Part shown: positions 1 to 8,519 of the stretch, in pieces | How positions within the stretch are numbered: position 1 is the first letter of the stretch | How the letters are laid out: each line of letters starts with the position of its first letter | Source of the DNA: Gemmatimonadota bacterium | GTDB lineage: Bacteria > Gemmatimonadota > Gemmatimonadetes > Gemmatimonadales > GWC2-71-9 | Direction of reading: 5' to 3' | NCBI GenBank assembly: GCA_041488455.1 | Contig: JBGPPG010000004.1 | Location: 143 to 64,142 of the forward strand | Length of the DNA: 64,000 bases | Program-made: the position numbers and the translations under genes | The notes under the pieces: generated by a model | The model's input: the letters and a program-made list of their open reading frames with translations, nothing else | Told to the model about the DNA's origin: nothing | Databases searched by the model: none

Positions 1-1
1 G

Positions 2-1144
2 GCGTCAAGAGGTCTGAGCCTGGACGCTCTCACCGCGACCTTCGAGGCTTGGCGGACCCACACGCTCGGCCGCCGGGAGTACATCGAGGCCCTGGTCGCC
101 CCGGAGCACCGGGGTCCTTCGCCGGCGCTGGCGCGCGCGCTTGCCGCCTGGCCGGGCCGTCACTACTGGGCCGACCCCGAGCAAAACCACCTCGTCCTCA
201 TCCGTCCCGTGGGCGCGGCGCGCCCGGAGCGCTGGGTGCTGCACGGGGCCCTCTTCGCCCTGACCGTCGTCTGCGCGCTCGGCGCGGGAGCGGCGCTGGC
301 GGGCGGCTGGACGCCGGTCGAGCCGGCCGGGCTCACCGGAGTGGTCTCCGGCGGCCTGCGGTTCTTCGAGCAGCTTGGGGGCGGCCGCTGGCGCGACATC
401 GCCGCCGGCTGGCCCTTTGCCCTCCCTCTACTGGGCGTCCTGCTGGTTCACGAGCTGGGGCATTATTTCGCCGCCCGCCGCTATGCAATCGACGCGTCGC
501 CGCCTTTTTTTCTGCCCGTTCCCCCGACCCTGTCGCCCATCGGAAGTCTCGGCGCCTTCATCCGCCTGCGATCGCCGGTGCTCGACCGGCGCCAGCTCCT
601 CGACGTCGGCGCGGCGGGACCGCTCGCCGGCTTTGTGGTGACGCTCGCCGTGCTGGCGTGGGGCTTCGCCACGTCTGATGCCGATTCCGCGCTCGGCCCC
701 GGGCGAAGCTTCATCATGCTCGCCGGCGAGCGCATCGGGCTCGGCGACTCGCTCCTGGTCGCAGGATTCCGCCGGCTCTTTCTGCCGGACGCTCCCAGCG
801 TGCATCTGAGCCTGCCCGCGTTCGCCGGGTGGGTGGGCGCCTTCGTCACCGGGCTCAACCTGCTGCCCCTGAGCCAGCTCGACGGGGGCCATGTGCTCTA
901 CGGCCTTCTCGGACGGCGGCAGGCCGCCGTCGGGCTCGGCACGCTCGTCGTACTGCTCGGGCTCGCCCAGCTCTCGTGGAATTGGTATGTGTGGGTGGCT
1001 GTCGCGCTCTTCGTTGGCGGCGGCGGGTGGGCCCATCCCTCGGTGCTCGCGCCAGCTCGCCCGGTACCGACCGGCCGGCGCTGGATCGGGTGGGTATCGG
1101 TGCTGGTGTTCGTGGTGACGTTCGTGCCGGTGCCGTTTGGGTAG
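2..1144 (+). CDS. Site-2 protease (peptidase M50) family membrane metalloprotease; 5' end probably outside the window
   Basis: HELGH zinc motif (LLVHELGHYFAARRY) and NLLPLSQLDGGH motif in a multi-TM protein. The frame is open from nt 2 with protein-like sequence upstream of the first start codon (GTG 209). Confidence 0.85.
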   Translation, partial: ASRGLSLDALTATFEAWRTHTLGRREYIEALVAPEHRGPSPALARALAAWPGRHYWADPEQNHLVLIRPVGAARPERWVLHGALFALTVVCALGAGAALAGGWTPVEPAGLTGVVSGGLRFFEQLGGGRWRDIAAGWPFALPLLGVLLVHELGHYFAARRYAIDASPPFFLPVPPTLSPIGSLGAFIRLRSPVLDRRQLLDVGAAGPLAGFVVTLAVLAWGFATSDADSALGPGRSFIMLAGERIGLGDSLLVAGFRRLFLPDAPSVHLSLPAFAGWVGAFVTGLNLLPLSQLDGGHVLYGLLGRRQAAVGLGTLVVLLGLAQLSWNWYVWVAVALFVGGGGWAHPSVLAPARPVPTGRRWIGWVSVLVFVVTFVPVPFG

Positions 1145-1150
1145 AAGCCG

Positions 1151-1171
1151 TTAGCCATTAGCCATTAGCTA
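1151..1171 (+). repeat. Three tandem heptamers TTAGCCA TTAGCCA TTAGCTA; a fourth TTAGCTA lies at 1199-1205
   Basis: Read directly in an AT-richer intergenic tract. An inverted partner lies at 3458-3478. Confidence 0.7.
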
Positions 1172-1226
1172 TTGTCTAACTCCATCCCGCCTGTATCTTT
1201 AGCTAAACCTGTCAGGACATGGCCTG

Positions 1227-1514
1227 ATGGCCTTGCAAACCACCGTTCTCCCGCCCACCCGGGATCCCCGGGAGCCCGTTCAGCACGAGCTCGATTCCTT
1301 CCGCTGCGCCGGCCTACTCGTCCAGCTCTGGCTCATCCTCCGCCGCACCGAGGACGGTGCATGGCGGGGGCGGCTCCGGTTCGTCGATGCCGACTCGAGC
1401 CGGGAGCGGGAAACCGCCGAGATCTTCTGCGCGGAATCCGAGGGTGAGCTCTGGGCCTCGGTGCGGGATCTGCGGGATCACCACATTCGTGATCTGTACC
1501 GGTCGCTCGACTGA
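1227..1514 (+). CDS. Hypothetical 95-aa protein
   Basis: ORF with high third-position G+C, followed 6 nt later by the next ORF. No recognisable motif. Confidence 0.45.
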   Translation: MALQTTVLPPTRDPREPVQHELDSFRCAGLLVQLWLILRRTEDGAWRGRLRFVDADSSRERETAEIFCAESEGELWASVRDLRDHHIRDLYRSLD

Positions 1515-1520
1515 GCCGCG

Positions 1521-1703
1521 ATGACCGACGCGGAGCGGCTCAGCAAGCTACGGCATGATCTGTCCAACCCGCTCTCCGCGCTGCTGGCGGAGATCCAGCT
1601 GATGCTGCTCAACGAGACCCGGTTCGACGCCGAGACGCTCGCCGGTCTGCGGGAGATCGAGAAGCTGGCGATCCGGATGCGTACGCTGCTCCGCGAAGCG
1701 TGA
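1521..1703 (+). CDS. 60-aa stand-alone histidine-kinase DHp/H-box-like mini-protein
   Basis: LSKLRHDLSNPLSALLAEIQLML resembles a HisKA H-box helix. No sensor or ATPase domain. Codon usage is good. Confidence 0.5.
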   Translation: MTDAERLSKLRHDLSNPLSALLAEIQLMLLNETRFDAETLAGLREIEKLAIRMRTLLREA

Positions 1704-3449
1704 GGCGCGGCGCCAGCGGGCGCCGCGAGCCAAGTAGCCGATCAGGAAGGCGAGGCTTGCAACGCTCGCGGCGGCCCGGACCGGGAGTCCCTCGCCGCCG
1801 ACCGAGAGGAATCCCTCGATCGAGCCGGCGATCACGAGGAACACGGCGACCGCTCCCATCATCCGGACGGCCACCCGGCCGCTCGCGACAAGCGCATCGG
1901 TCCGCGAACGATCTCCCGGTGCCACGATGGACTTGCCCAGCAGGAATCCCGCGGCTCCCGCCACCCAGATCGCAAACAGCTCCAGTACCCCGTGTCCCAC
2001 GAGAAACTCCATCAGGTAGCCCAACAGTCCCAGGTTGGCGAAGTGGCCGGCGAACGTGCCGAGGGCGAGCCCATTGTAGGCGAGCAGCACGAGGGACCCG
2101 ACGCCCAGGAAGATGCCGCCTGCAAAGCAGGCGATCGCCACGCGGATGTTGTTCGTGATGATGAACGAAGCGGCGAGCGGGCGGCCGCTCCAGTCCACGG
2201 ACACGTACTTGCGCCCCTCCGCCGCGCGCGCATGCCCCGCCTCCGCGCGGCGGAGCATCACCTCGGGGAGCAGCTCGCTCGCAAGGGCCGGGCGCTCGCG
2301 CATCAGCGCGTAGCCCCCCAGGCCGGGTGCGGTGAAGAGGATCCACGCCAGGAGGACGAGCCAGCGTGTCTCCACCACGGCCGCGGGGAACTCCCGCGAT
2401 ACCGCGGTCCACACGCGCGGCCACGTCTGCCGCTCGTCCCGGTACAGCAGGTTGTGGCCAGCCGCGACCAGGCGCTCCAGCCGGGCGACCGTTGCGGGAT
2501 CGGCCCGGTAGGTGCGGGCCCGCGCGAGATCGGCCGCGATCTCCCGGTAGCGGGAGGCGAATCCGGGCAGCTCGTCGGGCGCGAAGCTGTCGAGCCCGGC
2601 CGACGTCGCCCGCTCGGCCAGGCCCTGGAACGCGTCCCACCGCTCGCCCTGTCGCGCCGAGAGCCGCTCGGCAAGACCGTCGCGGCCCGCCATCCGCCCG
2701 CGCCGCCGCGCCAGCTCGCGGGCGTGCAGGTCGAGCAGGAATTCGGTAGCGGTGGCTCCGGGCGGGCGGGGCCGGTCGGCGAAGCGGCCGGCCAGCGAAT
2801 CCGCGACGCGGTCGCGGGCTTCCGGTGGAAGGTCCGCACGGTTGGCGAAGCGGGCGACCAGGCGGAACCGCTCGTCGTCGAGCGGGATCCCGGCGGCCGG
2901 CTCCGCCCGGATCCCCGATGCGGGCGAGCTGGCTCCGGCGGATGGGGGCCGATCGCGCACCACGGCCGTGCCGGCGACGAGGTCGCCGAGGCGCTTGCCC
3001 CGGGGATGAAACGCGACCAGCGCGAGCCCCAGGAGGTACGGCGGCGGCAGCGCGTCGGCGAGGCGAAGCAGGTTCCGGATCACGGCGGAGCCCATGGTGA
3101 CCGGGTGCCCGGTGTCCTGCACTACCCGGATGCCGGCGAGCCGTTTGCCCGGCGTCTGTCCGGCGCGGAGCCCTTCGAACAGGATGAAGTAGCCGTTCCA
3201 GAGCGTGAAGCCCGCGCCGATCAACAGCGCGGCGACCCAGGCGCTCCCGGCGCCCGAGCGCGGTAGAATCCCGTAGCTCGTGAGCACGGCAACCAGGAGC
3301 CCGCCCGCGGCGGCGGTCGCGAGCAGGATCCCCGTGTCCACGAGGGCGGCGAGCAACCGGGATCCGACGCCCGCGACCTCGAGATCGAGCACGATGTGCT
3401 CGGGTGTTTCCACCTCGAGATGCTGGCGATAGTCCGGGGCGGTGGTCAT
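1548..3449 (-). CDS. RDD-family domain fused to a SpoIIM/DUF95-like membrane domain
   Basis: N-terminal RDD signature (RLLAALVDTGILL...GQTPGKRLAGIRVV). C-terminal DUF95 signature (ITNNIRVAIACFAGG...YNGLALG...GHGVLELFAIWVAGAAG). Confidence 0.8.
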   Translation of the reverse strand: MTTAPDYRQHLEVETPEHIVLDLEVAGVGSRLLAALVDTGILLATAAAGGLLVAVLTSYGILPRSGAGSAWVAALLIGAGFTLWNGYFILFEGLRAGQTPGKRLAGIRVVQDTGHPVTMGSAVIRNLLRLADALPPPYLLGLALVAFHPRGKRLGDLVAGTAVVRDRPPSAGASSPASGIRAEPAAGIPLDDERFRLVARFANRADLPPEARDRVADSLAGRFADRPRPPGATATEFLLDLHARELARRRGRMAGRDGLAERLSARQGERWDAFQGLAERATSAGLDSFAPDELPGFASRYREIAADLARARTYRADPATVARLERLVAAGHNLLYRDERQTWPRVWTAVSREFPAAVVETRWLVLLAWILFTAPGLGGYALMRERPALASELLPEVMLRRAEAGHARAAEGRKYVSVDWSGRPLAASFIITNNIRVAIACFAGGIFLGVGSLVLLAYNGLALGTFAGHFANLGLLGYLMEFLVGHGVLELFAIWVAGAAGFLLGKSIVAPGDRSRTDALVASGRVAVRMMGAVAVFLVIAGSIEGFLSVGGEGLPVRAAASVASLAFLIGYLARGARWRRASRFAEQRTHPDRQLLDLPQTGERLGVEPGLVEQHQLDLRQQRGERVGQIMP

Positions 3450-3457
3450 CGGTGGCG

Positions 3458-3478
3458 GAGCTGATGGCTGATGGCTAA
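3458..3478 (-). repeat. Inverted copy of the heptamer array (reverse complement TTAGCCA TCAGCCA TCAGCTC)
   Basis: Matches 1151-1171 at 18 of 21 positions in inverted orientation. Lies in the divergent intergenic region. Confidence 0.7.
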
Positions 3479-3533
3479 CGTCTCTCCGGCAACGTACCTT
3501 CTACGCGTCTCCCACCGCCAGCACGAGGTGCCC

Positions 3534-4376
3534 ATGACCGGCGTCGCGCTCCGTCCGCTGTCTGTCGGCGAGATCATCGACGCGTCGTTTCAGGTGTACC
3601 GGCGGTATTTCGGCGCGCTGGCCACGATCGTGATCGTCTGTAACGGCGTCCCCCTGCTGCTCCAGGTCTTCGTCGGAGCAGCCGGCGGCCCCCCGCAACA
3701 TCCCCTGCTGGCGTTCGGCTACTCGATCATGTACCTGGTGCTCGGCTCGGTCGCAACGGCGGCGACCGTATTCGTCGTCTCGGAGAGCTATCTGGGCCGG
3801 GCGATCACGGCGCGAGAGGCTCTCAACCTCGCGGCCCCCTTCGTGGGGCGTGTGGTCACGGCCTCGATCCTTCTCGGCCTCCTGGTGGTTTGCGGGATCG
3901 TGATCCTGGTCGTTGTTCCGGGCGTGGTGTTTCGCCCGCTCGCCGTCGTCGGGGTCATAGTATTCCTGGTACTTGGCGTCGTCGGCCTTTGCAGCTTCGT
4001 CGTCACCACGCCGGCGCTGGTGCTCGAAGGCCTTCCGTCGGCCGCGGCGGCGATCAGGCGGTCGTGGGACCTCACCCGCGGATACCGGCTCAAGATCCTC
4101 AGTCTGCTCTTCCTGTTGTGCGTCATCATGATGCTGCCCTGGATGGCCGTCACCGGACTGGGTGCCTTCGTTGGCGCGCTCGCGGCGCTGGGCGGCGCGG
4201 GCGCGGCACGCATCGCGGTCGTCATCGCCGGCGTCGGCCTTGTGATCGGGGGGCTGGTACTGTTTTTCTTGCAGCCCCTGCTGCACGGGGCCCTCACCAT
4301 CTCGTACTACGACCTTCGGGTCCGCAAGGAGGGCTTCGATCTCGAGGTCCTCGCGTCTTCGCTGCACGCGGCCTGA
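3534..4376 (+). CDS. Polytopic membrane protein of the MoxR/DUF58 neighbourhood
   Basis: Multiple hydrophobic helices. ATG 3534 is preceded by GAGG. The alternative ATG 3471 sits inside the repeat. Confidence 0.7.
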   Translation: MTGVALRPLSVGEIIDASFQVYRRYFGALATIVIVCNGVPLLLQVFVGAAGGPPQHPLLAFGYSIMYLVLGSVATAATVFVVSESYLGRAITAREALNLAAPFVGRVVTASILLGLLVVCGIVILVVVPGVVFRPLAVVGVIVFLVLGVVGLCSFVVTTPALVLEGLPSAAAAIRRSWDLTRGYRLKILSLLFLLCVIMMLPWMAVTGLGAFVGALAALGGAGAARIAVVIAGVGLVIGGLVLFFLQPLLHGALTISYYDLRVRKEGFDLEVLASSLHAA

Positions 4377-4415
4377 GCTCCCGAGGGCCGCCCCCTGATC
4401 GCTCCTGTACCGCTG

Positions 4416-5021
4416 TTGCCGGGGGATTCGCTGAGGGCCGTGCTCGACACGGTCTTCGCCGGCCCCGCCTATGCGTGGGCGGAGGAGGGCCGCCCGCTCG
4501 AGTCCCTGGGTACGTGGTGGCAGCGCTTCGGGGAATGGCTGTCGGCCACGTGGGAAACGCACCCGACACTCTTCCAGGGTTTGACCTTCCTGCTCAGCGC
4601 GGTGCTGGTCGGGATCCTGGTTCACGCCGCTTATGTCTTCGTGCAGACCCTCCGCGCCGCGTCCCGGCGCGACGGCGCGGTGGTCGTGCGGCCGGCCACG
4701 GCGTTCTGGCGGGATGCCGCCTCGTATCTGCGGGCCGCCGACCAGGCCGCGGCGGCCGGACGCTTCCGCGAGGCGCTGAGCCTCGCCTTTGAGGCCCTCG
4801 TGCTCCGGCTCGACGAGGCGGGCTCGGTTCGCTGGGGCCCGGGCAAGACGGCACGCGACTACGCGCACGAGGCGCGTCTGGAGCCCGCCGAGCGCGAGCG
4901 GCTCGGCGGGCTCGTAGGCATTCTGTACCGATGCGTCTACGGCGGCGCGCCGTGCGGCCCCGACGAATACCGGGTCGTTCGCGGCTTGGCCGAGGACGAG
5001 TGGCGTGCGGCCGCAGATTGA
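4416..5021 (+). CDS. DUF4129-like membrane-anchored protein
   Basis: One TM segment followed by a helical domain with GKTARDYAHEA, typical of DUF4129 in MoxR clusters. Confidence 0.65.
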   Translation: MPGDSLRAVLDTVFAGPAYAWAEEGRPLESLGTWWQRFGEWLSATWETHPTLFQGLTFLLSAVLVGILVHAAYVFVQTLRAASRRDGAVVVRPATAFWRDAASYLRAADQAAAAGRFREALSLAFEALVLRLDEAGSVRWGPGKTARDYAHEARLEPAERERLGGLVGILYRCVYGGAPCGPDEYRVVRGLAEDEWRAAAD

Positions 5022-6231
5022 GCTCGCCGCGGGCTTCACGGTGCTCACGCTGCTGGCGCTCGGCGCGGCCGCACTCGGCGCGCGCGGTCACGTAGACACC
5101 GACCTCGACCAGCGGCGCTCGACCTTCCTCACGGGTCCCGACGGCGCACAGGGCTACGCGGAGGCGCTGGAGCGCCTCGGCGTGCGGGTGGACCAGTTCC
5201 GCCGCCGACCCGCCCAGCTGCGGGCTGTAGACACCCGCGGCGATCCCACCGTCTTCGCGATTCTCGGCCCCGCTGACCGGCCGGACCTCCTCGACGCGAT
5301 GGCGTTCGTCGCCATCGCCGGCCGCAACGATCTGCTTCTGGCCGGCCCGCGCACCAACGCGGTGATGCGCTGCTACGGGTACGCCGCCCGCTCCCGACCG
5401 GGCTCGACGCTCGCGGTGCGGCCCGGCCACCCGCTGGAGAAGAGCGACCTCCGGGTGGGGGCGGTTCTCACCCGTTCTGCGCGCGGCACCCTGAGTGACT
5501 CCACTGCCTGGAGTGAGGACGGCAGGATCGCCTCCTGCGACGTGCCCGAGCCGCTCGCGGTAGATACGCTGCTGCTCACGACGGGCGGCCGGCTGGCCGC
5601 GATCCGCCTGTGGCTCTCCGGCGGCCGGGCCGTGACGCTCGTGGCGGACGACCGGGTGTTCTCGAACCGCGCGGTCCGCGAGACCGACGCTGGCCCGTTC
5701 GCGCTGCGCCTCGTGGCGGGGCGCTACCGCCGTATCCTGGTCGACGAGTACCATCAGGGCTTCGGCCCATCCGGGTCGCTGCTGCGGGCGGTGACGGGAT
5801 GGAGCCTGCGGTCGCCGTGGGGCTGGGCGGGGTGGCAGCTCGCCGCCGCAGGGCTCGCCGCCCTTGCCGCGGCGGCGGTGCGTTTCGGGCCGGTCCGGCC
5901 GTCCCCTGGGCGCAAGCGCCGCTCTCCCCTGGAGCACGTGCGCGCGCTCGCGACGGTGCTGGCCGCGGCCCGGGGGCACGATCTCGCGGTGCGCCTGATG
6001 GCGCAGGGGCTGCGCCGTCGGCTCTCCCGCGGCCCGCACGCGACCCGGGGTGCGGGACTCCGGGCTGATCCCGGTCCGTGGCTCGCGGCCCTGGCGCCGC
6101 GTCTGCGATCCGGCCGCGGGCGCGAGGCCGCGGCGACGCTGGTTGTGCTCACCGACGGACCGCAGAAAGCCGAGGCCGTGCTGCGGGCCGCCAACGCGGT
6201 GGAGGATGTATGGGAGGACCTGAAGCCCTAG
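5005..6231 (+). CDS. DUF4350-like protein
   Basis: N-terminal TM segment, ILVDEYHQGFG motif and late TM segments. Its position between DUF4129 and MoxR fits the cluster. Confidence 0.6.
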   Translation: MRPQIELAAGFTVLTLLALGAAALGARGHVDTDLDQRRSTFLTGPDGAQGYAEALERLGVRVDQFRRRPAQLRAVDTRGDPTVFAILGPADRPDLLDAMAFVAIAGRNDLLLAGPRTNAVMRCYGYAARSRPGSTLAVRPGHPLEKSDLRVGAVLTRSARGTLSDSTAWSEDGRIASCDVPEPLAVDTLLLTTGGRLAAIRLWLSGGRAVTLVADDRVFSNRAVRETDAGPFALRLVAGRYRRILVDEYHQGFGPSGSLLRAVTGWSLRSPWGWAGWQLAAAGLAALAAAAVRFGPVRPSPGRKRRSPLEHVRALATVLAAARGHDLAVRLMAQGLRRRLSRGPHATRGAGLRADPGPWLAALAPRLRSGRGREAAATLVVLTDGPQKAEAVLRAANAVEDVWEDLKP

Positions 6232-7190
6232 CGCCCGCCGACGAGATCGGCCGCCAGTCGGAGGCGGCCAACGCGCTGGTGCGCGCGCTTGGCAGCGTGG
6301 TGCTGGGGCAGGAGCCCGCAATCCGCGAGGCGCTCACCGCGCTGATCGCACGGGGCCACGTGCTCCTCGAAGGAGTGCCCGGCACCGCCAAGACCCTCCT
6401 CGTCCGATGCCTGAGCCTGGCCCTCGGCCTCGAGTTCCGGCGAATCCAGTTCACCCCCGACCTGATGCCCTCCGATATCACCGGCGTCAATCTGCTGGCG
6501 GAGGGGAGCTTCACCTTCCGGCCTGGCCCGATCTTCGGCGATCTCGTGCTGGGAGACGAGATCAATCGCGCCCCGGCGAAGACCCAGGCCGCGCTGCTCG
6601 AGGCGATGCAGGAGCGGAGCGTGACCGTGGACGGGACCTCCCATCCGCTCTCGAGCGCCTTCACCGTCTTCGCCACGCAGAATCCGGTCGAGTTCGAGGG
6701 CACCTATCCGTTGCCGGAGGCCGAGCTCGACCGGTTCCTCGTCAAGGTGGTGCTCGGTTATCCCGGGTCGGAGACGGAGCAGGCGATTCTCCACCGGGTC
6801 CTGGGCGGCTTCGAGGCCGACGACCCGGCCAGCTACGGACTCGGCCCGCCGTTGAGCGGGGCGATGCTGGAAGGGCTCCGGCGCGCTGCGCGGCAGGTTC
6901 GGGTCGAGCCGCCGATCGTGGCGTACGTCGCGACCGTGGTCCGGGCCACGCGGAGCAGCCCGTCGCTCACCCTGGGCGCATCGCCGAGAGGGAGCGTGGC
7001 CCTGCTCAAGCTGGCCCAGGCCACCGCCTTGCTCGAGGGCCGCGGGTACGTCATCCCCGACGACGTGAAAACGATGGCCCCGGCGGTCCTGCGTCATCGC
7101 GTGAGCGTGGCCCCCGAGCTCGAGCTCGAGGGGGTCACCGCGGACGCGGCGCTCGCCGCCATTCTCGAGCAGGTGGACGCGCCCACGTGA
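6210..7190 (+). CDS. MoxR-family AAA+ ATPase
   Basis: Walker A LEGVPGTAKT, IQFTPDLMPSDITG, Walker B LGDEINRAPAKTQAALLEAMQE. GGAGGA lies just upstream of ATG 6210. Confidence 0.9.
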   Translation: MGGPEALAPADEIGRQSEAANALVRALGSVVLGQEPAIREALTALIARGHVLLEGVPGTAKTLLVRCLSLALGLEFRRIQFTPDLMPSDITGVNLLAEGSFTFRPGPIFGDLVLGDEINRAPAKTQAALLEAMQERSVTVDGTSHPLSSAFTVFATQNPVEFEGTYPLPEAELDRFLVKVVLGYPGSETEQAILHRVLGGFEADDPASYGLGPPLSGAMLEGLRRAARQVRVEPPIVAYVATVVRATRSSPSLTLGASPRGSVALLKLAQATALLEGRGYVIPDDVKTMAPAVLRHRVSVAPELELEGVTADAALAAILEQVDAPT

Positions 7191-8509
7191 TCCCGATCCC
7201 GATCCCGTCACGGCGCTGGCTCGCGGTGGCGGCGGGGCTCGCCACGGCGGGGCTCGCCGGGCTGGTGTGGCCCGGCGGGCTCGAGCTGATGCTCGCCCTC
7301 GACGTGGTCTGGCTGGCTGCGTTCGGCCTCGATGCGGCGTCGGCGGCCAGCTCCTATCCCATCGAGGTCGAGCGCGACGCCCCAGCCGCGTTCTCGGTGG
7401 GTCGGGCGCTTCCGGTGCGCTACCGTTGGCGTCACGACAACGCCAGCCCGCGCACCTTGCTGGTGCGCGAGGCGCTGCCTCCCCCGCTCGGATTCGCCAC
7501 GCCAGTGCGGCATCTGCGACTGAAGCCGGATGCCGCCACGGTCGAGGAGCTGCTGGTGCGGCCGGCCGTGCGGGGGCGGGGCGTCGGGGGGCGCATGACG
7601 CTCCGCGTGCTCGGCCCGCTGGGGCTGGCCTGGTGGCAGCGACGCCTGGAGGTCCCCTGGCGGGTCACGGTGTTCCCCAACCTGGTGGGCGCCTCGCCCC
7701 GCGCGCTCCCGCCGCAGGCCCGCCGCCGGCGCGAGGCCGGACTCCGCAACGTGCGCCGTCCGGGCGAGGGCCGGCTGTTCGAGGGGCTGCGCGAGTGGGT
7801 CCCCGGCGACGACACCCGCATCATCGACTGGAAGGCCACGGCCCGGCGGGGCAAGCCGATCGCGCGGCAATACGAGGACGAGCGCCGGGAGTATCTGCTG
7901 ATCCTGATCGACGCGGGCCGCCAGCTCACGGCGGAGATCGACGGCGTCTCACGGCTCGAGGCCGTCATCGACGCGGCGCTGAAGCTCGCGCACGCCGCGG
8001 TGGATCACGACGACAACGTGGGGGCGATGATCTTCGCGGACACGGTGCAACGCTTCGTGCCGCCGGCGCGGGGCGTCCGGGGCCTGCGCGCGGTGCTCGA
8101 GGCGCTCGCCGTCGCGGAGGGGCGGCTGGTGGAGCCGGACTATCCCGCCGCCTTTCGCTACCTCGCGGCGCGGAACCGCCGGCGTGCGCTCACCGTCTTC
8201 TTCACGGACGTGATCGACCGGACTGCAAGTGAGGCGCTGGTGGGGCAGGTGGCCACGCTCCAGCCCCGGCACGTCCCGCTCGCCGTGACGCTGCGTGACC
8301 CTGCGCTCGAGCGGCTGGCCGGAAGCCGGCCGGGGTCGGAGCGCTCCGCATTCGAGCGGGCCGCGGCGGAGGAGCTGCTGCTGGCCCGGGAGGAGGCGCT
8401 GATCGAGATGCGGCAGCGGGGGATTCTCGTGCTCGACGTCGCACCGGCCGGTGCGGCGGACGCCGTGGTCGAGCGCTATCACCAGCTCAAGCGGCGCGGC
8501 GTGATCTGA
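7187..8509 (+). CDS. DUF58 (vWA-like) protein, MoxR partner
   Basis: FEGLREWVPGDDTRIIDWKATARRGKPIARQYEDER signature. GTG 7187 overlaps the MoxR stop (GTGA). Confidence 0.85.
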   Translation: MIPIPIPSRRWLAVAAGLATAGLAGLVWPGGLELMLALDVVWLAAFGLDAASAASSYPIEVERDAPAAFSVGRALPVRYRWRHDNASPRTLLVREALPPPLGFATPVRHLRLKPDAATVEELLVRPAVRGRGVGGRMTLRVLGPLGLAWWQRRLEVPWRVTVFPNLVGASPRALPPQARRRREAGLRNVRRPGEGRLFEGLREWVPGDDTRIIDWKATARRGKPIARQYEDERREYLLILIDAGRQLTAEIDGVSRLEAVIDAALKLAHAAVDHDDNVGAMIFADTVQRFVPPARGVRGLRAVLEALAVAEGRLVEPDYPAAFRYLAARNRRRALTVFFTDVIDRTASEALVGQVATLQPRHVPLAVTLRDPALERLAGSRPGSERSAFERAAAEELLLAREEALIEMRQRGILVLDVAPAGAADAVVERYHQLKRRGVI

Positions 8510-8519
8510 GCCGAGCTGG

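Noticed and set aside
1151-3478. The inverted heptamer arrays as terminal inverted repeats of a transposon.
   Set aside because: No transposase lies between them. The enclosed RDD-SpoIIM gene is a conserved member of the adjacent MoxR cluster. No target-site duplication was seen.
3501-6321. Very long antisense ORFs (3501-5048, 515 aa; 4594-6321, 575 aa), with similar ones at 9560-11074, 45002-46006, 46811-48466 and 47745-48683.
   Set aside because: Their translations are Arg/Pro/Gly/Ala-rich low-complexity sequence. They lie opposite genes with clear family motifs. This is the usual open-frame artefact of high-G+C DNA.
6407-7186. N-terminal extensions of ORF 6407-8509 and ORF 16517-18706 that run through the upstream genes in another frame.
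   Set aside because: The extensions are Arg/Gly-rich and overlap well-supported genes (MoxR and the CotH-like protein). Recognisable homology begins only at 7187 and about 17624.
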